The notes beneath the pieces are model-generated. The model saw only the letters and a list, made by a program, of their open reading frames with translations, had not been told where the DNA came from and ran no database searches. This document shows, in pieces, positions 27,857 through 41,745 of a stretch of 64,000 bases of DNA. The stretch is from Epiperipatus broadwayi (Eukaryota; Animalia; Onychophora). The DNA lies in NCBI GenBank assembly GCA_028023455.1, contig JAQFVV010000002.1:1054001-1118000 (forward strand), in the 5' to 3' direction. The stretch's first letter is position 1. Every line of letters starts with the position of its first letter. The position numbers and the translations under genes are program-made.

Positions 27857-29131
27857 CAAGAGTTTCTAAAGTAGTCGATATGGACCCCCTGTGATCACTT
27901 TGAACTTTCTAGGGGTCGATAGTTTCAATAAAGACGTTTGGGATTGATGACAGCAAAAACAGACCCCCTTACTACTGCTATTGGTTTGTTACTTCTAAAT
28001 ATCTATGATTCCAATAGGTACCTATTTAAGAAGTAAAATATTCCAAAATCACTTTTTTGATAAAAATACATTACATACCAAATTAGCTAACGAAAAGATA
28101 AAATTTCCCATTAAAAGAGACACATGTAAAACTGCATTAAAATACATGTAGCACAAACATACCTGCATTGTCTTATCGAAAGTATCAAAGCCATTGCATC
28201 TCTGCACTTGCTAGCGGTAGGACTGACATATTCTATGTTAGCAGAATGCATCAGTATTGTACGGTCATGCTTTCATAAAACACTATAAATTCGTTCATTT
28301 GATATGACATGTATTTATTTGTCATTTGAACTTTGAATATAATTATTTATTGAAGATCAGTACTATGAAAAAGAAAATCAGAGTACAATTTATTTATTCG
28401 AGTTTGAACAAAAATCTTCTGTTTTAAGTAAGTACATACTTTTTTTTTATCACAGAGGCTGTCGAAATTGTTTGTTAATAAAAGTTTTTATTTCTTACAA
28501 AAAAGAAATGCAGACAGTACAGCTTGGACTATTGAAACTAGGATTACGTACATACTGAACATGGATATAAGAGAATGCAACTCACTAATTTAAAACTGGA
28601 CATAGATAAATTGTTGACAAACCATTAGGTGCGCACATCTCATTAAATTCAGTTTTCCAAGCTAATTTATTTGGTATTCTTATTTTTATAATTCTGATTA
28701 AAATCTTTCGTTGTTTGTAATTTTGTTTGTGTTTAATTCTGTCTGAATCTGTAGATTTTTTTCACTTCATTTTTATGTTTAATAAAGTGATTTGGAATAT
28801 TTGTACTTATTTTGAATTTACATATTTATTTCATAAATGTCAAAAATTAAAAAACTGATACATTTTTTTTTTTTTTGCTTTAATTTTCGTTAGTGCAGGT
28901 TTCGATATTAAATGTTGCACAAGATAATGCACTATTCCACAGCCCTTTTATCTTTTTCAATCGTTAATTACAAGTGATTAAAATGAAAAGTTTGATATCT
29001 AGTGAAATATATAATATTGAGAACTGTACAAATTTTTTAATTTCAATAAGTAAATTAAATGACTAGGCGCTCGACGGTTTTAAAAGTTTTTGGTAAAGAG
29101 GTCTGCTACGAAAAAAGTTTGAGAACTCTTG
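27857..29131 (+). mobile_element. Internally deleted hAT (Buster/Charlie-type) transposon
   Basis: Perfect TSD ATCTAAAC (27849-27856, 29132-29139). Imperfect TIRs CAAGAGTTTCTAAAGT / AGTTTGAGAACTCTTG. N-terminal KKKCRQYSLDY remnant (~28500) is fused to a C-terminal LTNLKLDIDKLL..SH* remnant (~28580-28645). Empty site at ~20567. Confidence 0.9.
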
Positions 29132-29540
29132 ATCTAAACAAAGAAATTAAAAATCCTTTTGGAAATCATTATAGTTAACCTACTCTTCAGTGCAATATTA
29201 CTTTGATCATCATCATCATCAGGATGTTGGTTATATTAAATATACTCATTTTCAGTATAACCGTTTGCATTTAGTAACTCCATATTTTATACCCTTAAAT
29301 AGATATGGTTATCACTTATTTGACTTCATACTGTTACATTAAATATCACCAAATTAAAGAATAAATTCTTATCATTCTGTCTTTTCATAATTGATTGATA
29401 TTTACATAAATATTTAGAAATGCAGTTACTTCCATTTAAATTATATATATATAACTGAAAGTTAAAACAATGTCTCTCTCTATATATATTATAATAGTTC
29501 AGATAATACACTGTACAGGCTTAAACCTGCATTTATATAT

Positions 29541-29614
29541 GCGGGGTTCGAACTCAGACTTTCACACGATCCACCACTCTCAGTGCCATCTCATATTGCT
29601 GACCAGAGCTAACC
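29541..29614 (-). mobile_element. tRNA-derived SINE-like head related to the arms of fold-back E
   Basis: Minus strand GGTTAGCTCTGGTCAG...GAAAGTCTGAGTTCGAACCCCGC (A- and B-box-like). Shares GAACTCAGACTTTCA and ATCTCATA with 44361-44415. Confidence 0.65.
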
Positions 29615-31539
29615 AAAACGTGCTGTATTAAAAATTATATTTAACAAACATAAAATAAAATAATGTTTACCTAAAATTATTTTTGTTTATTAATGGGTTA
29701 TAACATAATTATTAATATTAGTACAGAATAAGCTTCAGAATTAGCAAAATTCTATTTTACAAGAATGTAAATTAGTTTATTCAAATTTATAACAAGTCTT
29801 TAAGTCTGTAAAATTAAAAAAATAATATCTGAAGAAAGAGACTGCTTTTTTATTTAAACTACATAATATATATATATTACAAACAAATTGAAATTGATAA
29901 ATTATTTTCGGAGTATAATAAATAATTTACAAAGAAAAAAAGATAATAAGCTTGTTCTTTAATAAGTAGAATAATCAGAAACTTCTAGTTAAAACACGTA
30001 CTCAGATAATTATGGCCTAATACTTGTTTTATTAACTTCATAAAACAAAAAACTATTTAAACCAGTTTTAAAGTCATTGAAAATCATTGGATATGCAACA
30101 TCTTAGTCTTGTATATTAAAATCATGCAAATTGTCTTGTTAAAGAAGATTCTGTGACCAAAAGTTTTATCGACTTTTTATGAAACTGCAATCTATCAAGT
30201 AGAAATTCCTAATAATCTACACAAAAGATGAAGCTATATTTAACTATTGTAGTATAGAAAAACTTTAAGAGGCTGCACTTCCTATAATGAGTAAGTGATT
30301 TCCAGTCAAGATGCAATCTATCTGATCTTATGAAATGCACTCCTCATTATTTTGAACATTCCTGCTTTTCTCATGACTAAATATTAAAAATGAATTAAAG
30401 AAAAAAAACATGTAAATATAAATTGTAATACAATTGTCAATATAACCCGAAAAAGAAGCTATAACGAAGAAGGAATTCATTTACATCAATAGGATTCATC
30501 AAACTTTAGCAGTCCAAAATATTCATCATCTAACCAAAGTTCACACATGATTACACATTTAAAGTAGTATCTATGCAATCCGAAAAGTGAGAGCAAAATT
30601 CAAATAATAAATTTTCCCTAGATGAGAATACTTCTATACGTTTTGTTAACCCCGATTACAGTATTTTTCTTACATTTCAAATTATTATATTCATAATTTT
30701 ATTAGGGTTTTTAGCATTTAATATTTATTAATACTGTACTATTCTTTAATAAAAAATAATTTGGTTATTTTATTATATATATAATGAAAGTGCTAATTTT
30801 TGTACCCTGAATAGCTAAACTTTATTTCTATTACATAGCTTGTTTTAATATTTAACATTTATTTTCAATATTATTTATCTTCAATTCTGTACACTTGTGA
30901 GTTGTACTACTGTGGGTGATGTAAGTAATCATTTTTAAGGGTTTTTTAAAAAAATGTTTACTATCTGAGGAAAGCTAATTTAATTAATTTTAAGTGTAAT
31001 AATGACTCGATTCTAAATGGATTATGTGTTGGTCATGACACTATAATTTAAGTTATAAGTGCTGTTCAACTGATATTAGTAACTAATAGATTATAACCAG
31101 CATCAATCGCTTTATTCCTAAAATGAACCGTAGACAGAGCTATAACAATTTATGTTTTCAGATGGGGGGGGGGTGTGACATACTGGCATTTTTATTATAT
31201 TTAATTTCTTTGTCTCATCTTACCAATTTGTTTCATTATATTTGGCAGTGAAACCCGATTAAACCAGCTTGTTACCAATCATTTCCATTATAATAAATTT
31301 ATTTATAGTAATGATTCACAAATTTAATTATAAAAAGGCCAAAAATAAATATGTAGCCAACATACCAATGCATATAATAAAACAAATGAAAACTTCTCTA
31401 TGCCACATCCTAGAAAAATAAATAACTCCACTACAAAATCTTTAAAATTAAAGTTAAAAACGTTTGAATTTATATATTTGTCATTCTTCTCTGCAGAAAG
31501 TAGTTATCTATTAATTGGAAGAAAACCATTTATATCCTT

Positions 31540-32400
31540 TAAAACGCTTAAAATGCATGACTCGTCTAAAAATGAGAAGATTTGATGTCACTCTAAATCG
31601 GCTACTTTTTATCGCACGTATACATATTATATGTCATTCGAAAGAAAATCAAAAGTTCTGTAAGATGGTGCCCTCTTCAGAGTTATTTTACAAGTAAAAA
31701 ATCAATAAAAATGACCATATATGTCAAACAAAACCAAAGCACCGCTTCCTCACCAACTTTTCTTGAATCTTATTGGCTGTCCCACTTCTGTCAGAAAGGG
31801 AAATGGCTGCCAAAAAGTAAAAAGTTACGTTCGTTTTGATTTTTATTACGAAAATGATAAACGAATGTTTACAACATTTTAAACAATATTTGAATTGAAT
31901 TACAAATTATTATTGATAAAATAATACTAAAAATCAAATTATTTTAGAAAAATAGTTAAGATATTACCAAGAATTATTTATTTATTGCTACATATTGATC
32001 GTAACGTTAAAGTGAAAAAAAAAAGATTGCGTCAGCAATCTTTTTTGGTTGGTTGAATAGCGGTTACTTTTATTTCACCGCAATTGAATATTTTTTAAAT
32101 TATAAATCAAATTTTATTTTTGAAAAGACTTTCGTTTGCTTTCGTAATCTGACAATTCAGTAATATACTTTTTACAAACGAAACTAACGTATTTATATTA
32201 TTAAAAGTGATCTATTTAACAATAGATTTTGTTAAAGTTGTGAGTTGGCCAATTACAAGTTTTGATTTTTAACTCATTCGGCCAATTAAATAATAATCGT
32301 TGAAAGGGTTAATGTAGCCTTAAAAAGAAACGAGCAGACAAATTTCATAGTTCTCGTTGAGATCGTATTCTTATGTGACTATTCATATAGTAAATAAACA
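31540..32400. promoter_or_regulatory. Putative host promoter / CpG-retaining island
   Basis: CpGs are locally retained in sequence that does not look like a TE. ATTGG/CCAAT boxes (~31771, ~32249, ~32282, ~32429) and YY1-like AAGATGGTG (~31662) and AAATGGCTGCC (31801). No downstream exon chain confirmed. Confidence 0.35.
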
Positions 32401-32699
32401 TAAATGAACTGCTCATGAAACATATCAGCCAATGTGGAGAGTTACTGGCTGGTTAATGCTGGGTTTGAAATTAAAAATCACCATGATTTTTTTCTTCAAT
32501 TGTCTGATAATTGAAATATCAATTGAGTTTTAATTGAAGATAGGATAAATATGTGGTTTTTTTTTTTTACTTTTTGTAGGTATTTATAATCATGGCAGAT
32601 AATACTAAATCATGTCTCTTATTTTCAGGAGGCTGTAAAGTTATCATTATCAGACAAACGTAAAAAATACTAAAAATTCCTTGATTGTGAATCCAGACC

Positions 32700-35615
32700 A
32701 CCATTCAATAATATTTATTTATATATCTAAAACTATAGATCACACTTGCAAGTGAAGAAAGATAGAATGAATTGAAAAAACAACTATTTAATATTTGATA
32801 GGATATTGTGGATTTTAGGAAATTAAAAGAAAAAGTGAAAACATTATTAATTTATAAAATGGACTTGTATTTTACTATAAAAACCAAAATATTCATAAAA
32901 TAAATGGATTGTGATTTATTATAAGCAAAAAAAAAAAGAAGATCAAAATTTGTGGAGACAAAATGACAAGATACCAAATTCTGTAATTTAGGTTTATATC
33001 ACAAAATTTTCATTGTGATGGAGAAAAAGAGGATTTTCACAGCGATGTAAATAATGACTATATAATATTTTAAAATTGTCATGAAAAATATTAGACAATT
33101 GATAAAAGATTAAAAGTAAATAATGTTTTGATTAAATCTAGCTATGGTGACAGAAATAAGAAAAGATTTTGACTTTTGAAGTTCAATGAAAATAATGAAA
33201 ATGGAAGAATCTAAATGATAATACAGCAGAATTGGACTACATTTTGATACTAGAAAGTGTACATTTCAAGATTAAATGTTTTTTTTTTATAAATTCGACA
33301 CTGGAAGTAATCATTGATTAATAGTAAAATTATAGATATGTGTTAAAGTCAAATTTGATGAGCTAAAACTATCAAGAAAGATAGTATTAACCATAATAGA
33401 AATTTATCAACAAATCTTTTACCGAGACAAGGAAATGTGTGAAGGGAAAAAAAAAGATTATATAAATTATTTTTAAAATTAGTCATAAAGAAGAATTTAA
33501 TATCCAGGGATTTATAAAATAGTATAAATAGAGTTATAAATTAATATAAGAAATTATGTCAAGGAAAGTTGTAGCAGGGAATAAAATTGCCGAAAGTATA
33601 AAACAACTTTTGGTATTGGAAGAAGAAAAGGTGGAAATATTATATTGAAAAAAAAAGATGTATGAAATATATGAAGAATTCTATAAGGTATTATATAATA
33701 GTAAAAAGAAACAAACAATGTATCTTTTACAATTGCTGGTCAGTCAATAAAATTATTTGAAAAAAATATGTTGCATTAGATAAAATGGAAAAGATAGATG
33801 TTATTAATTATAATTATATCTTTTAAATTGCCAAATGTTTTCAAAGAAGAAATGTGACTCAGCACTATTAATATTGGAAAGGAAGTTGCTTCTATAATAA
33901 AGAAAAAAGATGAAACTATTTCTAAGAAGAGAGATAACATCATGAAATGTGTGTAAAACTTTTATAAAGATTTATATAGTAATAAAGAGCAATCACTACA
34001 TATTCTAAATTGCTAAGTATTTTAAAAGATCCATATAATACTAAATTGTCCAATCACTTTACTACTGTTACACAATGCTTTCTTTACTTACAGTTTCAAT
34101 TGCTTCAGCAATCTTCTTCATAACTTTAAAGTTTTGAAGAAGGTTGCTGGGGCTAAGAAACTGTAAATTGTAAGAAAGTGTGGTAAATAAAGCATTGTGT
34201 AACAGTAGTAAAGTGCTTGGACAATTTAGTATTATATGGTATACATTTGAAAATGCAATAAGAAAGAGTAGTTATTATATTTTTAAAAAAGTGAGACTTT
34301 CAACTAAATCTATGAAGAAGGGGGAAATCTATGAAATGATGAAGTTATTAATGATATTTGAAACGGTATAGATGAAGAAATATATATAAAAAAATGCTGG
34401 CAAAGTTATATATTAAATGTTTAAATAAGAAATATGCATCAGTTGATTGAATGACTGCAATAAGAAAAGTTAGACAATAGAGGGCTATCAATTTTATATC
34501 AGAGCTATGCAAAATCTTTACCAAGAGAATTACAACTAATCTACAGCAAACTTTGGGTTCAAATCAATCAAGAAATTTGTATTTTAAAGTAGATTTAGCA
34601 AAATGGATCTCATCCATATATTATAAAAAAATATAGAGAGGACCAATAAATGAGTTCCTATTATGCTTCAGATTTGTAAATTATAAAAATAGCATTTATT
34701 TTTAAAAGCATTTAAACAATGATTATAGCAAAAAATGTGTTCTGAAAAATATTAATAAAAATCTAGCAGAAGCGATTATTTTTTATGTGATAGTAAAATT
34801 AACATTGAAAGGAGTGTATGGCAAAATGATTTCATATATCCAAAACTTTTTACAGCAGTTTGACAAGCGGGGGAGATATTAAGAGAGTTAAAGTATGTGG
34901 TGTTTATTTATGCTATCTAGATTTTAAAGGTGGTGTGATTCTTTTTTGCAAATAATGCTTCACAGCTTAAGTAAATATTGAAATAATTATCAAATAAAAG
35001 TTACAAAATATGACTAAAGATAAATGCTAAAAAAAGACTAAAATAATGTCCAAAGGATTTTATCATAAGTAAATAAAGATTGATACTCACGAATTAAAAG
35101 AAACTGATAACTACAAATACCTTGGAAAGATTATTAAATAGACACATAATGGATGAAATGAAAGCAAAGGTTTGATTATATATTTTTTATCAGTTACTAT
35201 TTATGGATATAATAATTAGGCACTCAACAGAAGAACAATTTCAAGACCAGACCATTCAATGGATTATGGAGGAGAGTAATGTATTATGAGTAACAAAAAG
35301 AGATTGAAAGGAAATGCCTGAGTGTGTGAACAAACAAATAATACTGACTACATTGAAAAATTTAAGAGACTGAAATAGGATGGTCTGGATATATTGCTAA
35401 AAGCAATGTTAATATATTAATAGTTGAAGATTTAATTTGAATCTTAAAAGATTGTAAAAACCAAGGAAATGATAATTTGCAAAGTGGGTGAATGAAATAA
35501 AGATGTTTGTTGGTGTATTTTTGAAAAGCTAGTTTAAAGATTGGAGAAACAGGATTAAATACGGAGTTACCTTTTTATAATGGATCAATAATTGTGTAAA
35601 TTATAATGATGATGT
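32700..35615 (+). mobile_element. Long decayed RTE-type LINE (endonuclease to 3' end)
   Basis: KWT remnant at ~32857, GVWQND..PKLFTAV at ~34810-34860, YKYLG at ~35110, WSGYIA-like segment at ~35380, and an (ATG)n tail at ~35605. Confidence 0.7.
34031..34239. repeat. Local inverted duplication inside the RTE
   Basis: CCATATAATACTAAATTGTCCAA-CACTTTACTACTGTTACACAATGCTTT pairs almost perfectly with AAAGCATTGTGTAACAGTAGTAAAGTGCTTGGACAATTTAGTATTATATGG. Confidence 0.85.
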
Positions 35616-35975
35616 TCTTGTTTTGAAGTTTAATGCTATATCCAATATTTGTTGAAAAAGTTTTCAGTTTAAAAAAAAAACATGTCTCACAGTGAGAAAG
35701 TTGTCTGATTCAATATTTGCATCGGTTTGGAAACTTAGATATTTATTTATTCTCTTTAAAAATAATTTACTGTTCGAATAAAATATTTAACTTTGTTTGT
35801 GTTATTTAATTTATTATAATGTCTGGTTTAGTTTTATACATTTAGTTAATTTTATTGTTATAAGTTTATGTGTTTAAATTTAATTAGTTTCTTTTTTAAA
35901 AAAAAATGTGTGTATGTTTTTTAAACAATCATCATTTCATTTTTCTATTTGAATTTATAATGATATATATTTGTT

Positions 35976-36226
35976 ATCATCATCATCATCATCATCAACC
36001 ATTAACAATCTGCTGTAGGATGGGGTCTCTCCAAGGTCAGTCCATCTTCTCTGATCTTTAGCTTCTCTTCTCCACATCACCTTGACACACTTTCTTAATT
36101 CGTCCATCCATCTCACATGTTGTCTTTTTCTGGGTCTTTTACAATCTCTTGTAATCCCGTTTAAGATTTTAATTGTCCATCTATTATCATCTTTTCTAGC
36201 AATATGTCCAGCCCAACACCACTTGG
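35976..36226 (-). mobile_element. Short 5'-truncated RTE LINE 3' end
   Basis: (CAT)n tail at 35976-35996. Minus strand encodes KWCWAGHIARKDDNRWT...RDCKRPRKRQ. Confidence 0.88.
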
Positions 36227-36249
36227 TATACAGTTGATTATTTAGGCAA

Positions 36250-36720
36250 AATTTGTAATTATATGTTGGATTGTTTTCTTAATCTAATATTAAATTTTAA
36301 ATTTAAAAAACGCAAACTTTATTTAAACTTTACAAATACATTTAACTGCTACTAATATCACACAGATTAGTATATAACGCAATGCTTTGAGTGATATTAA
36401 TCTCTCTTCATCAGGTGTTGTTGGTCTGTCCAGTGACAGTACTAACATGGGAATTGAACTTGGACCTTTAGATTCATGAATATTAAATTTAATGGAATGC
36501 TCTAAAGTCTAAGTTAGCCAACAAGCCATCAACATCTGGAAAAAGAGGAGTTTAATGTCAATCAAAAAATAATAAACTATTTATTAACTTATGTACTATT
36601 ATTAATAGTTAAATATATTTGAAAAGTTTAATAAAGTTTGAATTGTTCTAAAAATATTCAATATTAAATGATGAAAATAGTTCAACATATAATTACAATT
36701 AAAATGCTACCATCACAAAC
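36250..36720. mobile_element. Second, internally deleted copy of fold-back family D
   Basis: Homologous to 14940-15220, including the CAGGTGTT...CAGTGACA..CATGGGAATTGAAC B-box segment. CTGATGA on the minus strand at 36408-36414. Outer inverted arms at ~36252-36345 and ~36610-36700. Confidence 0.75.
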
Positions 36721-39409
36721 ATTCAGAGGATTTGTTGTTAAATTGAATTATTAGGCTGTATGAATTAGCCCTTATTATTCTAAAGACTTATTATTCTAAA
36801 GATTGTCTTTATCATATAGTAAATTAGTCTAAAATTCTGAGACAAACATTTTTTTTTTTTACAATTTAATTTTTATCCACTTTAGACCAGTGAATATTCT
36901 ATAGGCTAAGTTCAGATTTAATAAGCCTTTTTCAAGTCATGAACAGCATTAGAATTTTTAAAGAATTTAATATTGGTTGGTAAATGGATATGTGCATAAC
37001 TTATTAGATAAGGATCTTTGTTTAATTTAAATATTAATATTCTGAGCATAAAGCAAACATATAATTGTAGTAAGATTCTATCAATAAATGGTAGAAAGTA
37101 ATGTACATTTACAGTCATTGAGTCAATAATTTATATTTTAGTGAACCCCACATACATTACAGGGCATATAAATTATGGATACTATACTAATACAACTTTT
37201 AAAATTTGGTGCTTAGCATTGAATGTGAAAGTTTGTGATAGATTATTCTATATGCATGTATATGTATATATTGTAATAGCAATGAAGAAAAAAAACATAG
37301 GGTAATGAGGTAACATGGGGTGATGAGATAACTTTTTTGGATGGATCAGTGCAAGCAAATTAATACTAATAGCATGTGTTTGAAAGATTGCTTTTTCTCT
37401 CATATGATTTACACATATATATGTATGTGAATACGCGTGTGTACATATGTGCAAATAAATGTGGTTAAAATTTCCTCTCAATCGACTAATTCAGGGTAAA
37501 GATATCTTTAGCAGGATGTTATAAAAAAAAAAGTGGTGAATAATATCGCATTAGCCACTTAGCTTAATATATGTCAAGTGATGAGAATTTGAGAACTGTT
37601 TTTCCATTTTTATTTATCCTCTATTTAATAATAGTTAGCTACTCATTTACTGACCAATATTGTATAGTTAGATAGAGCTGAAAATAGATGGCATCTTTAA
37701 AAAATCTTAATCATGAAAGTAACTTGGAAATAAATTTTTATGTTGACCAATTGTTGGATTTGTTTTCAGATCGTAAACCTGAAGACTGAGGTGGAACCAT
37801 TATATTAAACGATTTTTAATTGTGCGTATTGTATTGCCTTTGCATTCAACAATAGTTAACCTTGATTAATTTTGAACAAATTACTATAATGAATAAAGAA
37901 CATTATGACATTAAATAGTCCATGTGATTGCCGTGTCCAAATCATAAGACCCAATTAGCTAAAACTGAAATATATATATATATTACTTGCTGTAATATTA
38001 TTTTAGAAAATTGTTTATCTTGGAATTTAATTTTTTTGCCTAGATTTAGGAGTTGTTTAGAATATGATTAATTAATATGATCTGTATTTAATATCCAATT
38101 AGTGAATTGATAGATAATAGTTAATTACTTTATATATATATTATATTTTATATATATAAAATGAGACAGATAAAGAGGAGGAAGAGATGGAGAGAGAAAG
38201 AAATCAATTTTTAAAGACTGTTTAGATATTTGATCATATTAAAAGAAAAAATATATATTATTTTTACCATTTTTTTTTCTGTTAGATTTTATACATAGAA
38301 TTTAAAGAGGAGGGATCGTCAAATTAAAGTGTTTATAATTAAAATTTATAATGAAAAAATCTTTTATTTTCGTGCAATTTAATTAATTTTTTTTTAATCA
38401 TAAAGTGCTCTAGCCAGAGAAACTAAATTATTTTTATGCTAATTTTGCCATTAGGGAAAAGTACAACTGATTTAATCAAGAACGCGAATCCCATGGTCAT
38501 ATGTGGTCATTACACAGACATCATCATTACAAAATAGATTGGAAAAGAAGTTTTTCAGCGTGATTGCTCATGTTCTGGAGCCCCATTAAAATATCTCATT
38601 TATTCAACATATTTCATTTCTTCTTTTTTTTTTTTTTGCTTGATTAAGAAGTATTGTAAAATTGTACTATTTGATGGCAATGAATAAAAATAATTCTCTC
38701 AGATGATTAATTTTGATATACATTTTAAATTGCATTCCAAATAAAAAAAAAATTGCATAAAAAAGAAGAATATATAAAAATAACTATTTTAATCATTTTG
38801 TATAAATAAAATTAATAGGAAACATTACAAATTTCTTTTTTTTTTTTTAATTTGACGAATATCATATTCGTTTCTTAAATAATAACAAGAGTTTAAATAA
38901 AACTTTAGCTGAACTTTTAATGCATGTGAAGCATAGCTCATACATACATACATGCATACCTACATACATTTCTATATGTAAACATACATACCTATATACC
39001 CATACATAAATGTATATAAACATATATACTTAGCATATATAGCTAATGTTAAAAGAATAAGTTGCGGAACAGTTTTCAAATAGTTTACTACATGGAACGA
39101 GCTACTTAAAAATCCTTCAATGGGGAATCGTACTAACAAAGTTTGTCAGTTATTAGTTAGGCTGAATTTTCATTAGTTTTATTCTAGATAATTTTAGTTA
39201 GGTATTTATATCAACCAATATTACAATATTAACTGAAAAGTTTATAGAACAGTTCCTTGAAAAAAAATTGTTATGTGATTGAAATTTGAAAATATTTTTT
39301 AATTTTATTAATTTTAAGTTGTAAGCATGATTGTAGATATGCGAATATTGCATCAAGGACTCTTAAGTTTTAAGTCAGATTACTTTATTATTACATTATC
39401 AATGTGATC

Positions 39410-40900
39410 TTCAACCATTATTGATCCTATGCAGAATGAAAATTTCTCCAAATTTAATTCACTTTCTTTAATCCATATTTATCTTTTCTTATTTGATCAT
39501 CCATCTAAGATTTAGACTCTTTCAAGAACTTTCAAAACCTTTAGGATACAATTTTACTTATTATTATCTCATTTTTCTATATTTTTCATCCATTTCCATT
39601 CAGGAAAGTGGTAATTGTTTGTTCTCTTATCCACGAATTTTATTTTTGATATCTTTTGTCGCTGCTACCATACATACATATTTTCATATTTAATTGAGTG
39701 TTCCAAATTATCTGTACAGTTCTTTGTTAAAAATATATAAGTAAGAACATGCAAAAAACATCTACTAAAAGTCTTCTTTATCAAACGCAGCAATATATTT
39801 TATTTTAATATCAAATTATTTCTATCAAAAGCACTCCATCCAAATTGAATTTTATAAATAATTTCAATCAATTATGTTTCCAATTATATTTATAATCTGA
39901 CCAAAATATTTGTAGTTGTTAGCTTCTTCAAATTCATTATGAATAGTTTAATTTTTTTTTTCATTTGAGAAAATCCTCTGAAAATCACTTCTGTTTTTTA
40001 GCATTTATTTTTAGATCTACTTTCTTACATTTATCGATAACTCTTGCAGCATTTTCTGAAACTCTAAAGCATTATATAACTATATAGAAGATATTAAACC
40101 CTCCACACCAGTGCCATTAAATAAGATCTTAAAGCTGCAAGAATACTCTCAAACCAACAACAAAATAATGTTTTTGAGAAAATAAGAGCTTCTATTTCCA
40201 AACTCAAATGGTAATTTATGGAGTCAACCTTAAGTGTCTAGAAGTGAGGGCGTGAATATATAAATCATTGACTTTAAACCCATTTCTTATTATAATATAC
40301 TTATTAGTTCTTCTGCACTTGTAAAATTTATAGAGTATTACATAAAGCATTATATGCAAATACAACTATATCATATACAAAATGTAGATAACTTAAGACA
40401 ATTCAAAAAATACATTTTGAAAAATTGCTGTAAAAAGTTTTGGAGATATGGAATCGCACTTAACACTCTCTTTAATGTTCTTTTTAGTATTATCAGGTAA
40501 TCTAATCACTATGGTTGATTTTGATAAATATGTTATGTAAAAAATTAAAATTATGTCTCGAAAACAAAATGACAAAACATTTTTTATAGATACGTATTTA
40601 ATGTTTAGATTGTTGAATTTGTTTTTGTCGTATTGTCGTATATCACTACTTACTATATATTACCATCATCAGCTTTCCAAGATTTAATTTTTAAATGTTA
40701 CTAGATATTTCCTTTCTATCTAAGTCATTATCATTATCAGGTTTTGTCAGCAAGAAGATTATTTACGTAAATCCAAACCACTTCTATCAAATTATGATGT
40801 TTAAAACATTATATGCATTTTTTTCCTAAAGTCATTTTTCTATCCAGTGATTTCTTTTGTCATTTCTTTACCTTTAGGTATATAAAATTTAGTTCCATTT
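39410..40900 (-). mobile_element. Decayed RTE LINE
   Basis: RTE 3' end at ~39410-39520, YKYFGQ remnant at ~39900, and ORF 40393-40575 containing DSISPKLFTAIF. Confidence 0.7.
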
Positions 40901-41745
40901 TTTTTTCAAATGTTGGCATTAAGTCATTTACTTATTTTTTTTATAAATGTATAATCTTCCACACCACCACACATTTTTTTTGAAAATATATGAATAAAGA
41001 TACAATAAAAGATAACTCCCAATATGCATCTTATGCTGAACCAACACTTATTAGTTGGCTCAGGTCAACATCATTCATTTCCCATTTCAAAAACACTTTA
41101 ATGTAAAGATGTAGCATTTAACAATGTTTTCAGTCAAAAACACATTAAGTTACCATATTCATTAGAAACTTGTTTAACTATTGCAATTATTATTCTAATT
41201 TTTTGTTAATACTTTTATCATTAAATAATAACATTTCTATATTTTTAAAAGACCTAAATAACTGTATTGACTTCAACTATTTTTAATTATGTTTAGTTTT
41301 ATTGCATTTATTCTTAGCCCAAACAACCTAAAAAATTATTTTATCTTACTTAGTATTATGTTAAGGTTGTCAAATGTGTAACATTAGTAAATTCTAAATC
41401 TTTATATATATGTAATATACTAATCAATATATATATATATCAAAATACAGTAAAATTTACATAAATTATATTATTCTTAGAAGTACTTTCGACTATACAT
41501 TTTATAGTCTTTATCAACTATATAACATTGAATAATCAAAACGAGACAACCTGTAACAATACCCATAGTTCAATTCAGATTTCCCACAATTCTGTTATCT
41601 TAACATTTGATGACTGGCTATTCATTAACATTTGACATTTCTTGAAATCAACATAGCCTCTTTTATTTTACGTTTATTACAACAGCGTTCAATTTGAATA
41701 ATTTTCATATTTTTATAATCAAATTTAAATCCATATTGACCAGAT

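Larger units (their letters stand above)
22990..29180 (+). repeat. Copy B of the local duplication, expanded by later insertions
   Basis: Homologous to 18800-20610 once these are removed: the 23212-23859 tandem unit, one copy of an internal ~205 bp duplication (23905-24310), the 25080-27275 element and the 27857-29131 hAT. Confidence 0.7.

Noticed and set aside
29191-29230. CTGATGA on the minus strand followed by a near-palindrome, resembling a hammerhead
   Set aside because: There is no GAAA and no stem I partner. It is equally explained by the (CAT)n tails typical of RTEs here.
37770-37789. Possible terminal exon xAT-CGT-AAA-CCT-GAA-GAC-TGA after TTGTTTTCAG
   Set aside because: Too short to support, and there is no upstream exon chain.
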